Shown here one piece after another: positions 49,253 through 61,279 of a stretch of 64,000 nucleotides of DNA. This DNA is from Calcarisporiella thermophila CBS 279.70 (lineage: Eukaryota; Fungi; Calcarisporiellomycota). Every line of letters begins with the position of its first letter. The first letter of the stretch is position 1. The stretch spans positions 1,437,443-1,501,442 of the forward strand of contig NW_027192191.1 of assembly GCF_041956535.1 (NCBI RefSeq). The letters run 5' to 3'. The notes under the pieces were generated by a model. That model was not told the origin of the DNA. It saw nothing but the letters and a program-made list of their open reading frames with translations, and searched no databases. Made by a program: the position numbers and the translations under genes.

Positions 49253-49725
49253 AACTCTATTTTGGTACGCCAGGAGAAGGTCTTCGCAAGCATTCTTATT
49301 TTTTTTTACTTCCGACGGCGTAACCACGTTGTCGGTCGACTCCGCACATTCATATCTCTAGTTAAGTTTCAATCGGCATTTAGCACTCCGGGATACTCTG
49401 CGTTCCAGCTGAAAGAGTCATCTCGACTGGTGATGCAAACCCAACATGGCTTTTCATATCCTGTTTCTCTCTGGATGTTCATTGCGCTCTTCAATCAATT
49501 CCGATTTCCCTATCACGTTTTCAAGAGGCGCAGCACTGTTGAGTCGTTGTGTACCCTCTAAAGATAACGAAATTTTGACAAAATATTTATCAACTTTTTC
49601 TGTAGTCCATCCTTTTCTTTCTACGATTTTAATTTAAATAGACAAGCATTTCTCCGATATACCTGGCCAGAAGGCTATAGCCTCTTTTGCTTGCATTACG
49701 CTTAGCTTGAAGGAGGAAAATAAGA

Positions 49726-50665
49726 ATGCCCGAGCCTATCTTTGAGCCCATCCAAGTCAACCTCTCTCGGCCCATCTCGAAGCTTTACACGAAATCGCAG
49801 AATGGCTCAAACACCCACAGCTCCTCTTCCTCGGCCCCAAACCATTCCAGCCTTTCCTCTGACAATTCCGCATTCGGTCCCCCATGCCCCCTTCCTATCA
49901 CCCCCTCTGTACCCTCCTCTCGCAAATCTCGACAGCCTCAACCTCCCCTTCGCCCACCCACGCTGACTCGATTTCGCCCCGCTCTCAGAACCTCATTTTT
50001 GCTCGAGTACTCGATCCACTCGTGCCCAAGGCGACTTGTTTCCGAGATAAAATATGTGTTTCCGAATATAGAGCTGGAGCAGCTGCTTATTGTCCCGACC
50101 TTCCAGAGGACAAGATACGACTTGGTGGAGTGGGGTGAGCCGGTGGCCAAGGAAAAAGACGAGAAACTGGAAAATGTGAGCGCTTGAACTTGATTGTAGA
50201 GGTTTGATAAGCCTAACCTTAGAACCGATGTATAGTTTGTAGCTTGGGGCTCCGCGGTGGTGGAGTATATGCGTGCTCAGGGATTTTGGGCTGACATCAC
50301 AGACCCGTGCTCTGGCTTTCCGGTGCGTTTTATCCTGTTCTTCCCTTTCTTATCTTCGATTCAATTCTAAACGCCTCCTGCGATTTTTTTTTCTCGATCA
50401 CTAGATGTTCACCGAGCATGGCCCTTCGCCCTATCCCGATGTCTCTGGCATTGAGCAACTTTTGCGCTATGATACACTGAACACCGGTTGCTGTAAAGTA
50501 GTCTTACACCCACGCTGGGGCAGCCGAATGTATCCGGCTACATTGTTCACAACGGCGCCACTCGAGGCTCTGACGGAAGCGATTGACGCCGTTGGATGCA
50601 CACGCGGACTGGGGGGTGGGGAGGACGAGGAGGAGACGGACGAGCACGAGGGCGAGGAGAAGTGA
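49726..50665 (+). CDS. MMADHC: Cobalamin trafficking protein CblD (3 exons)
   Basis: LEYSIHSCPRRL...VFP, FQRTRYDL, EKDEKLENFVAWG, GFWADITDPCSGFP and GCCKVVLHPRWGSRMYPATLFTTAP form the MMADHC signature. Confidence 0.93.
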
Positions 50666-51582
50666 CACGCCGTGTAGAATAGGGTTGAACAGCTGTGTTA
50701 TATTAGCGATGTTTTGGACGCTTTCACTTTATAATCTTCTAGAAATATTAGACTACACTCTTTAGTTCCTCATTTAATAACCACCTTTTCTGTCTTATAT
50801 CCCCACTTTTTTGTTTAAAAGTGGTTGATGGTTTCTCGGTTGTTTTTTTCTGATTTCATGCTAATGGCCCGCCACGACTATGCTAATCACGAAGGAAAAT
50901 AGCGATGGAGAAACATAATGGCGATGGCTGTCATTCCACTCAATGCTGAAACCTTCTCACACCGCCCGAGCAGAACAAGTACCCTGAAATGATCAGCAAT
51001 GAGCTAAAAAGTCCGCACAAAATTGGTTCTTGTCCCACCATCACCGCTTTTCAGCTTTCCCATTTTTTTTTGTTGTTTTCTCTTCTACAAGCATTAGAAA
51101 CCTTTTTTTTTTCTTCCAAGGAAAACTTCTTATCTCTCTCAACTCCATTCCCGCCGCCGGCCTGGAAACGCATTTCTTTTTTTTTTTTCCCCAAAGTAAA
51201 AAGGAATTAGTCTGGGATTCAAGAGAGGTTTGTATTCTCTGCTGGCAGTTATTCGAACCCTGACCAAGAATTCGAAATGTATTCTAATACTTCTGTTGCC
51301 TTCTCGTGATCTTTAGGAAGGCGCTTCTTTTTCTTTTCATTCCACTCTCTCTTTTTCATTTCCTTCTCATTTTCCCCTTCCCCTTTTCTCAATCTGGCTG
51401 CTTTCATACAATTGGCTTGTTTTGGCATCACACTCCTATTTTTTTTGGGCCTAGCATTCTAATTATTCATATCACCACTTCCTAACCCTCTCCCTTTGGT
51501 ATTCAATCTGGCTTAATTTATCTCTCCTTTTTTGTTGATTATAATTCCTTCTAATTTTATTCTATCCTGATTCTGACTCAGC

Positions 51583-52848
51583 ATGGAAACCAGAGATCAA
51601 AACAGCTTCTTCTCCATCGTTGATCGGTCACCCGCCGAGCGCACGGACATTCCCCCTCTTGCATTCGACAACCTCTCGGGCCGTAGCACTCCCTCCGAGC
51701 ATTCTCAATTCGGTGGCTCACCCTCAAGTCCCACGCCACCCACCACCGCCATGAGCAGCGCAACCTGGCTGTGCAGTACCGCGGCAGCCACTGCCCCCCC
51801 TTCATCCAGTACCAAAAGTGCTGCGGCTGTGTTTGAGGCACAACTACGGGGGACTCAATGGGGATGGGATAATCCGAGTCCTGTCCCGGATTATCAGCGG
51901 AGATCAAGTGCGGCATGGCTGCACCTGAATGGGCACACGCCCCAAAACGGCGGAGGCACCGGGAGAAGGGGGAGCGATTCGTCGGAAAACTCCTCCAGAT
52001 TGAGCAGTGGAGCTGAAGACGAGAAGCAACAAGGCACGAGGAAGGTTCGAGGCGAGCTCTGGCGGACAGAGATGTGTAGGACGATGCTGGAGAAGGGCCA
52101 CTGCCCGTAAGTAGTGCTCCAACATGTCTATTGCCAGAGGATACACCCCCGACTAACCTGATGCTTCCACTTCAGATATAGCAACAAATGCGAGTACGCC
52201 CATTCAAAAGCCGAGCTACGCCCCATATACCGCCCGTGGAATTACAAGACAAAGCTCTGCCGCACCTTCCACGAAAAGGGCCACTGCCCTTACGGTAAAC
52301 GCTGCCACTATCTCCACACGGGGAGTCCCGATGAAATCCCATCCAACGTCATTATCTGGCCACGGCAGCCTTCCGCCAGTAACGGCCAAGCCAACCATTC
52401 CAATCGGCCTCCGCAAGCGGACGAGCAGATGGGGCGCAGGTTCTCGATGCCCGCTATCCAGCCCCGGCCCATCTCGCCCATGGGCGCCGATCTCGTGGGC
52501 CGGCGCCCCCTTCCAATCCATCGGCCCATCTCTCCCATCTCGCCCCCCGTGTCTAAGGACATGCTTCCACTCGATCAGATGCTTTTGCGACGAGGGAGTG
52601 ACAACACCTCCCTCTCGCGCATGCACATTCGCCCCTTTGCCCGCGAGGATGAATCCCTCTTTTCCCACCACCCCGTGCGTAGCCACTCTGAAAATGGCAA
52701 TATGCATCTGTTTTCGGACGCCTCGGAGCATTCGCTCCCCCCACCGGCAACTCGCATTCTTCCGCGGGACCTCATGGAGGAACTGATCCCTTCACATCCA
52801 ACGCGCCCGTCGCAACTGCGATCCTGCGTGTTCCCTTTCAATGAATAG
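51583..52848 (+). CDS. ZFP36: Tandem CCCH zinc-finger ARE-binding protein (TIS11/ZFP36/Cth family)
   Basis: WRTEMCRTMLEKGHCP|YSNKCEYAH and YKTKLCRTFHEKGHCPYGKRCHYLH with an 18-aa linker; intron 52107-52175. Confidence 0.9.
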
Positions 52849-52919
52849 GCTGCTGTAAACCATGGAGTTGCCTGGGGCAACCAGACTCTTTTCTTTCTTG
52901 CCTGAAACTTTTTATTTTA

Positions 52920-52928
52920 TTATTTATT
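52920..52928 (+). promoter_or_regulatory. AU-rich element nonamer in the 3' UTR of the TIS11-family gene
   Basis: TTATTTATT about 70 nt after the stop; further ATTTA cores near 53060 and 53116. Confidence 0.4.
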
Positions 52929-54150
52929 GCGTGATATTCTATAGTTAATATCCTTTTTTTTTTCTTGCTTGTTTTTTTTTATTCAATTTTGAGCACCTTT
53001 CAATTTTTTTTTACTTTTTTATCTATTTCAATTCTAAATATTCAACTACTATTTTATTAATTTATTGTGTTTTTCTCCCTTTCCTTCAGAGTGTGATCTC
53101 CATTCATTGCTTCTAATTTATTATTGATATGATTGTGTGTGCGTTTGGGATCTCTTGTGTGATCATTATTTCCAGTAGTATTCTCATGATATGTTATATT
53201 CTCGATCTATCTATTCTTTCTATTTTAATATATGCAACACAACTCACCCTTATCAAGGAGATTAGGTCATAGCGCCTTTGGAGGAAGGAACCCTTGCGCT
53301 TGGGACCGCTCAGCGCTTGGTGTACTTTCGAATTGGGTATAATGATTTTGAAAAGGTGTCTCTCCCTGTGCATCCGAGGAGCAAGAGGGGCGGGCATCTC
53401 CGAAAGCCTGCCTTGCAAGCGGATGGGGTGGGTGTCACTTTGATTGACGAGGTGGCAACACGGCATTAATTAGGTTAGGTGTACATATTGGAGGCGCAAC
53501 CTCCATGTTTCTCAAAATGCAAGTGGGCATGGACGATAATGGTGCAAACACGGAGCAATCTATCTAAGGGTGTAACCGCTTGGCACGGCAGTATCTTAAG
53601 GGAGTGTGGGATACGCGGCAGGGGGACAGGAGCGACCTGGCATTCGCTCCATATCGACTAGACAGGAGCGGCTCCTTTCTTAATATTGTCAGCATTCATA
53701 AGCTTGCTTCAATACCACCAAGAACCTTCCGTCAATACCAGTGTCGCATTGAATTTCCTCGCCGCCCCTAAGGGTCCACAAGCTGAGCCGTCGTAAGCAT
53801 TGTCGCGGCGGTATAAGCTCGATATCCGTTGGTAATATGTCTCCCTTTGCAATGCCGTGGGGCTGCAGCGGCTTGGATCACGTGATCGATTCAATGAAGC
53901 TTCACTCCGCCTATAGTGGGTGATGGAGTTTTATGTGTTATTGGGTTCTATTCTGTTCAATCTGATCTTTCCGATTCATATTTAATTCATAGCACCTCTC
54001 ATTTGCGCCCTATGATTCGATTCCATTGAAAAGTAGCCCTTTCCTGTTTTCCATTCTTCAACCTTTTCCCCTGTTTTTCGCAATCTCTAGATCTCAATCT
54101 CATCTATTTATTTTCATATAATCATTCTCATTAATTCGCAGCCAAAAAAC

Positions 54151-56393
54151 ATGCCCAACTCACCAAACTGGAGCGAAGACATACCCATGGTACCAACCAG
54201 TACCTCGTATTCCCATACATCTTCACCACAATCTAATGCCCTTTCAGATGAGCTTGCCTCGCCTTCTCCTGATCCCCGCCAACCTGTAACAACGGTGCAT
54301 ATCTGCTCCGTTTGCCAACAGCCTGCCACTTTCATGTGCTCTGCATGCGGAAGAGAAGGCCCGAGATATTGCTCGACGGAATGCCAAACAAACGATTGGG
54401 ATCGGCATCAAACTGAGTGCCGCGGTAGTGGTGCAGCTAGGGAAAATGATGCCGGGATCAGAGTGGATGATAGTGCTGAGAGTTCCGCGGTCAGACGGCC
54501 AGCTGGGAGAGGCAATGTCGCACAAATTATCAACACGAGAAGTAGATGTCGCATTCTAGTCCCTTCTTTTTTAGAACGATTTAGCGATAACTTATCTTTT
54601 TATTTTTTACTATTATTATTAGAGCGGCGGAAGATGTACGCACATGAAGGCCATTCACCTCAGACCGGTGGGCAACACCATTCTGAAAACGGCGTCGACC
54701 CCTCAGCATATGATCCGGATATGATTGAGGAGTTCAAATTTTACATGGAACAGATCTATCTCATCATCCGCCCGGTCGTAGTTTGCATTGTTCTAAGTAT
54801 CCTTTGGGTGAAAATTGCCAATAGCGGGAAAAGCAGCTATCGGTAGCTTATTGGTAGATGGATTTATTAACATATTTATTCTAATACTTTTTCATAAACT
54901 GATTAGGCCTGTGGCTGCATACCAGGTGTTCACCGAGACCTCCTCTACGACCACGTCTGAACAGTTCCTCGGGTCGCTGGCGAACGCTGGGATTATTATC
55001 GGACAGATCATTCTAGTGACCATTATCATCGTCTGTCTATTCAAGCACGGCTTTATAAAGGTAACTCAGACTGCTGAATAGCCGATGAAGATGTGCAGTG
55101 GCTGACATTTTTACGCTAGATATTGGTGGGATTTTTTATGATCGTTGTGCTGATGCTTTTGGGGTTCATGACCTACCTCCTGATTCTGTGAGTATCTGTA
55201 TTCCCGGAGTCTGCGAGAAGTCAGCGTGCTTACCTCTGTTTTGGATAGAAACCTTATACAAGTCTTTGCCATCCCCCTCGATTATCCGACGCTTATTTTC
55301 TGCCTGTGGAACTTTGCCGTAGTAGGCCTCATCAGTGTGTTTTACAAAGCACCCCTATGGCTGCAGCAGATCTATCTGACCATCTTATCCTCCCTGATGG
55401 TAAGTGGAGTGGTATTGGAGGAAGGGATGTCTGCGACACGACTGATGAGTTTGGTTGCATTATTATTAGGCATTTGCTCTCACGGCATTGTACGAATGGA
55501 CAACGTGGATCTTGCTTGCTTTGTTAGCCATATGGGGTAGGCCCAACATTTGTTTTCAATGCTCCTGTGTTTGTTTAACGATTAAAACACGTTCATTTCG
55601 CTAGATCTGATTGCCGTGTTGTGTCCCTTCGGTCCCCTCCGCATTCTTGTCGAAAGTTCCCGTCAACAGCAACGTGACGTCCCCGCCCTCCTTTACTCAG
55701 TGAATGCTGTGTGGTTGATGGCTACGCCCGCACACCACCCCTCCTCCCAGCTCGATTCTCTCGCGGAAAACAGCACGCCATTGGTGGATGAGGGCCGCGT
55801 GGTGGTGAACCAGCGGAGATCCGACGGCTTTGCACCGCTTCGTGACGGGAATGCTTCGGGACCCGACCTGACGGGGCGTCCAGAGCAAAACGAAGAGAGA
55901 AGGCAAGAGGAGGGCGAGGGGAGGAATCGAGAGGCGGAAGAGGAGGAAGAGGAGGATGAAGGTATGTGTACTGGTTAGCTTCATGCCGACGTGAGTTTTC
56001 GCTCAAGGTTCCATCCCTGTCCTGTGGGATTTTTTAGAACGAAACGGTTTAAAGTTGGGCCTCGGCGATTTTGTCTTCTACAGCGTGTTGATTGCCCGTG
56101 CAGGTAGGCTGAGCCAAGAGATAGAAGGATGTTGAATCCAGTCGCTGTATTAATCATGCGTGTACCTACTTCCCTCCACCACAGCTCTCTATGACTGGAT
56201 CACGACGGTTTGCTGCTCGGTTGCGGTTCTAACTGGTTTAGCAGCCACCATTTTCCTCCTAGCCATGTACCAAAAAGCACTCCCCGCCCTCCCCATCTCT
56301 ATCGCTCTCGGGATGCTCTTCTACTTCATTTCCCGCTATGTTTTGGTGCCGTTTGTAGGGAATGTAGCCAGCTTGGGAATGGTGATTGTTTAG
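54151..56393 (+). CDS. PSEN: Presenilin (gamma-secretase catalytic subunit) with N-terminal MYND zinc finger
   Basis: TM6 LLAIW|DLIAVLCPFGPLRILVE, PALLYS, TM7 GLKLGLGDFVFYSVL and C-terminal ALPALPISI; N-terminal CSVC-x7-CSAC-x6-YCSTECQTNDWDRHQTEC. Confidence 0.95.
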
Positions 56394-57333
56394 TTTTATT
56401 TTTTTTTTGCTGTTTTATATACATACAAATATATATTTTATATACACGTTTTGTTTTTCATGCGAGCCCGCTGTAGTTTCACTATTTACCTGGCTTTTCC
56501 ACCATAACTCTATTCTCAGCTATTAATATCGGGGGGAGGGGGGTTATATTTGTTTTGTTTTCCCTTCCTGTCTCGGTCCCTTTCTTCCTTTCCTCCTTTA
56601 CCTTTTGTGTACTATTCGCTTTTCCTATCCCGCCTTTCTATTTGTGCACCATGCAATATCACCTTTATTGCAGGTTTATTATAAGGTCTTAATTTTGTAA
56701 ATTTCATCCGGAGACATGGGTGTAGGCGAGCTTTTTTATTGCGTGGAAGCAATATTAGTCGTGTGCAACTAGATGTCAACAGGGGCAGAGAACCTGTGTT
56801 GGACAAGTTTTATGAGACGACTGAGCTGGAAGCGATATTGGATTAGAACTCATTAGAATTGATTAGTCGTGATTTGGTTTGAGGCGGAGAACACAAGGTT
56901 TCCACCTTTCCCCTTTTGCACAATCAAATCATCGCGATTGCCAAAAGCGGCATGGGAGATAATGGCGAGATAGGGGGTGGGCTGATTCGCATAGCGGGAG
57001 GAATGCATACGTGGAAGCTTTGGAAGGGCTCCCGCATAGATCTCCCGTGCGTTTCGGCCAACTGGTGCCCCCCCGCTTAATGAGCGAGTTCGAGGTGCGG
57101 TTTCTCGAAAATAATGATAATAATTATATCCCCCAATTAAACTCCCGCCAAACCATCCTAGGTTCTCTCGGTTTCTAAACAGGCGTCCACCGTTCGACCG
57201 TGTATATAAGCGTATAAGCTTCCCACATTACGCAAAACTCCTCCAGTTTTCCGCCTTTTTTTTCCTCCCTCATTTTTTCTTTCTTCTTCATCTTCTTCTT
57301 CATTCCTCCATTCAGAGCCAAAAATCACTAAAC

Positions 57334-58146
57334 ATGTACTCAAAGGCCACTCTTTTCTGCCTCCTCGCTCTTTTGGGCATTGCATTCGCACAGCAGCAAA
57401 TCTTCATCACCAACCCCACCCAGGGAACCGTCTGGGAGGCGGGTAAGAAAGCCACCATTGTCTGGTGAGTCTGTCCATCATCCCTCGCCATTTTCGGCAA
57501 TTCATTAACCCACTCTTTGGCATCCTTTTAGGACCGGTGGTTCTGGTCAGGTTCCTATCAAGCTCATGACGGTATGTATTTATCCCTGCCATTCCAGCAT
57601 TTCATTCCATGTATGTAATGCATTTTATTTTTGTTCTGCTAGGGTAACCCCAATGCTCTCCAACAAGTCGCCGTCATTGGTACCGTTGAGGCTTCCACTG
57701 GCACCTTTACTTATGATGTCCCTGCCAACCTCCCCGCTGGCAACCAGTACGCTATTGCCATTGGCAACCCCCCCCCCGCCTACTCTCCCCAATTCACCAT
57801 CCAGGGTGGCGACCCGAACAAGCAGGCCCCTGCCTCCTCTGCCTCCGCCCCCGCCTCCGCTCCTGCTTCTGCTGCTCCTAGCGCTTCCTCCGCCCCCGCT
57901 CCTTCTGCCCCTGCTTCTGGCTCGGCTTCCGCTTCGGCTCCCGCTTCGTCGGCCGCTCCCTCGGCCCCCGCCTCCAGCGCTGTCCCCGCCCAGCCTTCCT
58001 CCAATGCCAAGCCCGCTGCCTCCAACGCTCCCGCCGCCTCAACCACCCCCTCGACCTCGGCTCCTGCCCCTAAGAGCGGCGCTGGACAAATTGCTCCCCT
58101 CGCTCTCGGCGTGTTGGCTCCTTTGGCGGCCGCTTTGGTCTTCTAA
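57334..58146 (+). CDS. GPI-anchored cell-wall protein with Kre9/Knh1-like N-terminal domain and Ser/Ala/Pro-rich stalk
   Basis: MYSKATLFCLLALLGIAFA signal; ITNPTQGTVWEAGKKATIVW|TGGSGQVPIKLMT|GNPNALQ...YSPQFTI; ASAP repeats; hydrophobic tail SGAGQIAPLALGVLAPLAAALVF*. TATATAA at ~57203. Confidence 0.9.
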
Positions 58147-58609
58147 AGTGATGGTATCTATCTAGAGTCCGTTTTTTTTTTATTTTCTACCTTTTGTTTC
58201 CACTTTTACACAACACTGGAGAAAAAAAAAGATATGGATTTGAGAAACTTCGTAGTGAATGCTTTTCTTTTCTATTAACAAGTTATGTTTCCCCCTCTTC
58301 TTTTGATACGATACTGTCGACTAATGAATATATATCACTTTATTTGCTGTTCTTATATAATTTCTACGCTTTTTTTATAATACACACTATTTATCATCGG
58401 ACAAGCGACAGCAGTAGAAGATGAGCTTCCGAATCACTCATAGAAGTAGTTAAAATGGGATCAGGGGAAGAGGATGACCATCCCGTAGGACCAGCATCAA
58501 CAAAAAAATAGAAAGATTCATTAGTGGTTAAATAAACGTCTAGTACAGTAATACAGAAATTAGTGCAAAGGGACCGAGGTCACACGTGGGAGCGGAGCCG
58601 CAAAGGGAA

Positions 58610-60231
58610 TTACACAAGTTCTACGTAGGCTGGGGTCGGCCACAAGAAGGATTTGATCCAGGGGAAGACCTCCCAGCTGAGCAGCAGGGGAGAGTATGCC
58701 AGCAAGACGAGGGCGAACACCGCCATCTCCCACCAAAACCCATAGGTGTCGATCAGGAACCCGGCGAGAATGGGACCGATCGCCATCCCAAGCGAATAGG
58801 CCATGTTATAGAGTCCATACACCCGCCCGTTAGCGCCGCTTCCCATCGCGTGGACGCGGCTCCCGATTTCCGGGAGCAGCGGGGTGGTCATAAGGCAGCT
58901 GGCTGCACCACAAAGCAACAGGGGAATCAGCGACAAGTAGACGCTCCGGTCCGGGGGGATGGGGACAAAAAAGAGCGTGACCGCGAAGCAGAGCGCGCCA
59001 ATGCCGCTTACGAGCAGGCGGCCGCAGCGGTCCGCGAGATAGCCCACCAGGGGGGAGAGGAAGGTGGGCACGATCATGGCGATGAACAGGAAGCCGATGG
59101 TGGTTTCGTCCGCGTGGAAGGTTTGGCGCAAGTAGATCGGCAGGGTGGGCTCGATTCCGCAGAAGATGCTGCTTGCGACGATGGTGGCACAGAGGACGCA
59201 GAAGACCACGGGGTCGCACAGAAGGGTGAACATCGTGGGGGAATAGGAGGGCGCTGGTCCTTCCGGCGGAGCGTCCACGGGAGACACCAGGCGGGAGGAC
59301 TCGTTCGCGTCCGAAGAGAGCGAGGCCGAGGTTGACAAGGTGGAGGCATCCGACAACTTTCTTTTGCTCTCGGATGGCGACGAGGCCGCCGTGGTCGGGC
59401 CCAAGCCCAGCTCATTTCTCAGCTGGATCGGCTCCACCATCCACACCACCGCCATCAAATTAACCACGGCAAGCGCTGCGCAGAGCGCAAATGGCGCCTT
59501 ATACCCCCAGTACTGGAACATGAATCCTCCCAGTGGAGGCCCGGTCACGAGCCCCAACATGTTGATGGCCATGGCTGTTCCCATGACGACCCCGAGATTC
59601 TCGGGCGGGAAGACATCGGCCAGCATGCCGAGGCCAATGGTCCACGAAGTGCCTCCAGAAAAGCCCTGCATCGTGCGGGCGAAAACAAGCTGCCAATAGG
59701 TGTGCGCAGTACCAAAGCAGAAGGTGGAGATGCAGAGACCGAGCATGCCGATAATCATTGGATACTTTTGGGGGGAGCGTGGAAAAAAAAAAGGGGGGGG
59801 GGGGGGAAGAGCTGTTAAACACGGAACTGAAGCGCGCTTTCGAGTTGCAAAAACCAACTTACTCTTCTATTTTCATATCTGTCACTCAACACGGCAAAGA
59901 TTGGTGTGGAAATCAGAAGCCCTATGGCATAGCAAGCGAACAGGTAGCCCACTGCCTTCGAATCGCCGCCCAATTGGTCCTTCACAACCGTTGGCAGAAT
60001 CTTTATCCGGAAGCAAGGAATTAATGAATAAGAATTAGAGGCAGAATGCTCTTCAAACCGGCTTTGATCATGATGGAATCACGCCAATCCACTTACAGGA
60101 ACGACAACGCCATAAACGAGCATGTCGATGAACAATGCTAATGAGGAGACGCATAAAACAGCGTTGCTGGACCGCCGGAACCGCTCCATTTTAGAAGTGG
60201 ATGGTCTGGACATGAGACCTTCTATCATCAT
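58610..60231 (-). CDS. MFS transporter, SLC18/VMAT-like (DHA1-related)
   Basis: ALFIDMLVYGVVVP, motif-A-like GYLADRCGR, ARTMQGFSGG..W..GLGMLAD and YGLYNMAYSLGMAIGP; 12 TM helices; 2 introns. Confidence 0.92.
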
Positions 60232-60428
60232 GGCAAGGGCGACTTGCAATGGGGCCGGTATCTTAGGGGAGGAAGGATATATATGTACCGGTTGATCTTC
60301 CGATAGCTGAACTTGGGAAGAAAACCTAAAACGGAAGCCGTTGGGATATGCTGCAAAAGGAGAAAGTCAAAAATAAATACAAATACAAATTGTTTTCAAA
60401 CAAGGAAAATTGACCCAAGAGATCATCT

Positions 60429-60447
60429 TGAGTCAGTGGCTTACTAA
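60429..60447. promoter_or_regulatory. AP-1 (TGAGTCA) plus Yap response element (TTACTAA) upstream of the MFS transporter
   Basis: Exact consensus sites at 60429-35 and 60441-47, about 200 bp upstream of the ATG at 60231. Confidence 0.4.
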
Positions 60448-61279
60448 GGGGGAAATCTTTTCATCTGTATATATTTACATTAGTGAAATCCCTACCTAGT
60501 GCTGTTAGCAATCAAATGGGGAATAGTGTCTGCATAGGGCAGCACTCCTTAAATCTGTTCTCGTCAAAAAAAATGTCAGTTTCCCATCGCATGCTTGCAA
60601 GTGAAGAGATGAAGAAGTATTCGAATAGGGAGAAAATGGACCCCTATTTGGAGAGACGAGTCTAAAACCTCCTCTCACCTTAAATTGGGCATCGCCATTT
60701 GGGAGCATCTATATTGAAATTGCTTCGAAATGTAAGTAGCCCTGTGCATAAAGAAAGAATGGCAGCGCGAGGGATTGGGTTCTGGGAGTAGTAGAAAAAT
60801 GAAATGACTTTGGGATTGAATCTCCTACCCCGAGATGGCCCAGGGCTCAGTATACATTCGAATCGATACTGCTCGCTTTTCTCGCCATCCTTCCAATAAA
60901 CAGTGCTAGAGGCTCTAGGTAGCTCGCTCATTTTGAGCCGAATACCAGGACTCTACCACGCAGGGTGGCTAGAAACGATCTAAAGTCGGTCACCCTCTCC
61001 TTGACCAAACCCAGAGAAAACCATTCTAAAATGTGGGCCTACATGAATATCGAATATGAAATTATTGGTGGTCGTGGTTTCGAGAAGCAAGAATAAGGAA
61101 AGTAGGATCTTGGAGTTCAAGAAGTTTAAGGGGAGCCACCCTGCGCCAGTGAACGACAGCCTGCTCTGTGGAAGAACTCAGTATTATGATCAAATCATCC
61201 ATTATTGAAGAATAATTAAGAGTTATGAGGTGAACGCATATGAGACAAAAATAATAATAAAAAGAAGCCAGAATTCCTC

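Noticed and set aside
49605-49625. CCATCCTTTTCTT resembling the U4atac 5' end (also TGTTGTATGAAA at ~3641 resembling U6atac)
   Set aside because: The following conserved segments (stem II partner, GGAGA box, Sm site) are absent; chance matches.
51245-51270. GGTTCGAAT B-box/T-loop-like sequence (minus strand)
   Set aside because: No T-stem, acceptor stem or D-arm pairing, so not a tRNA.
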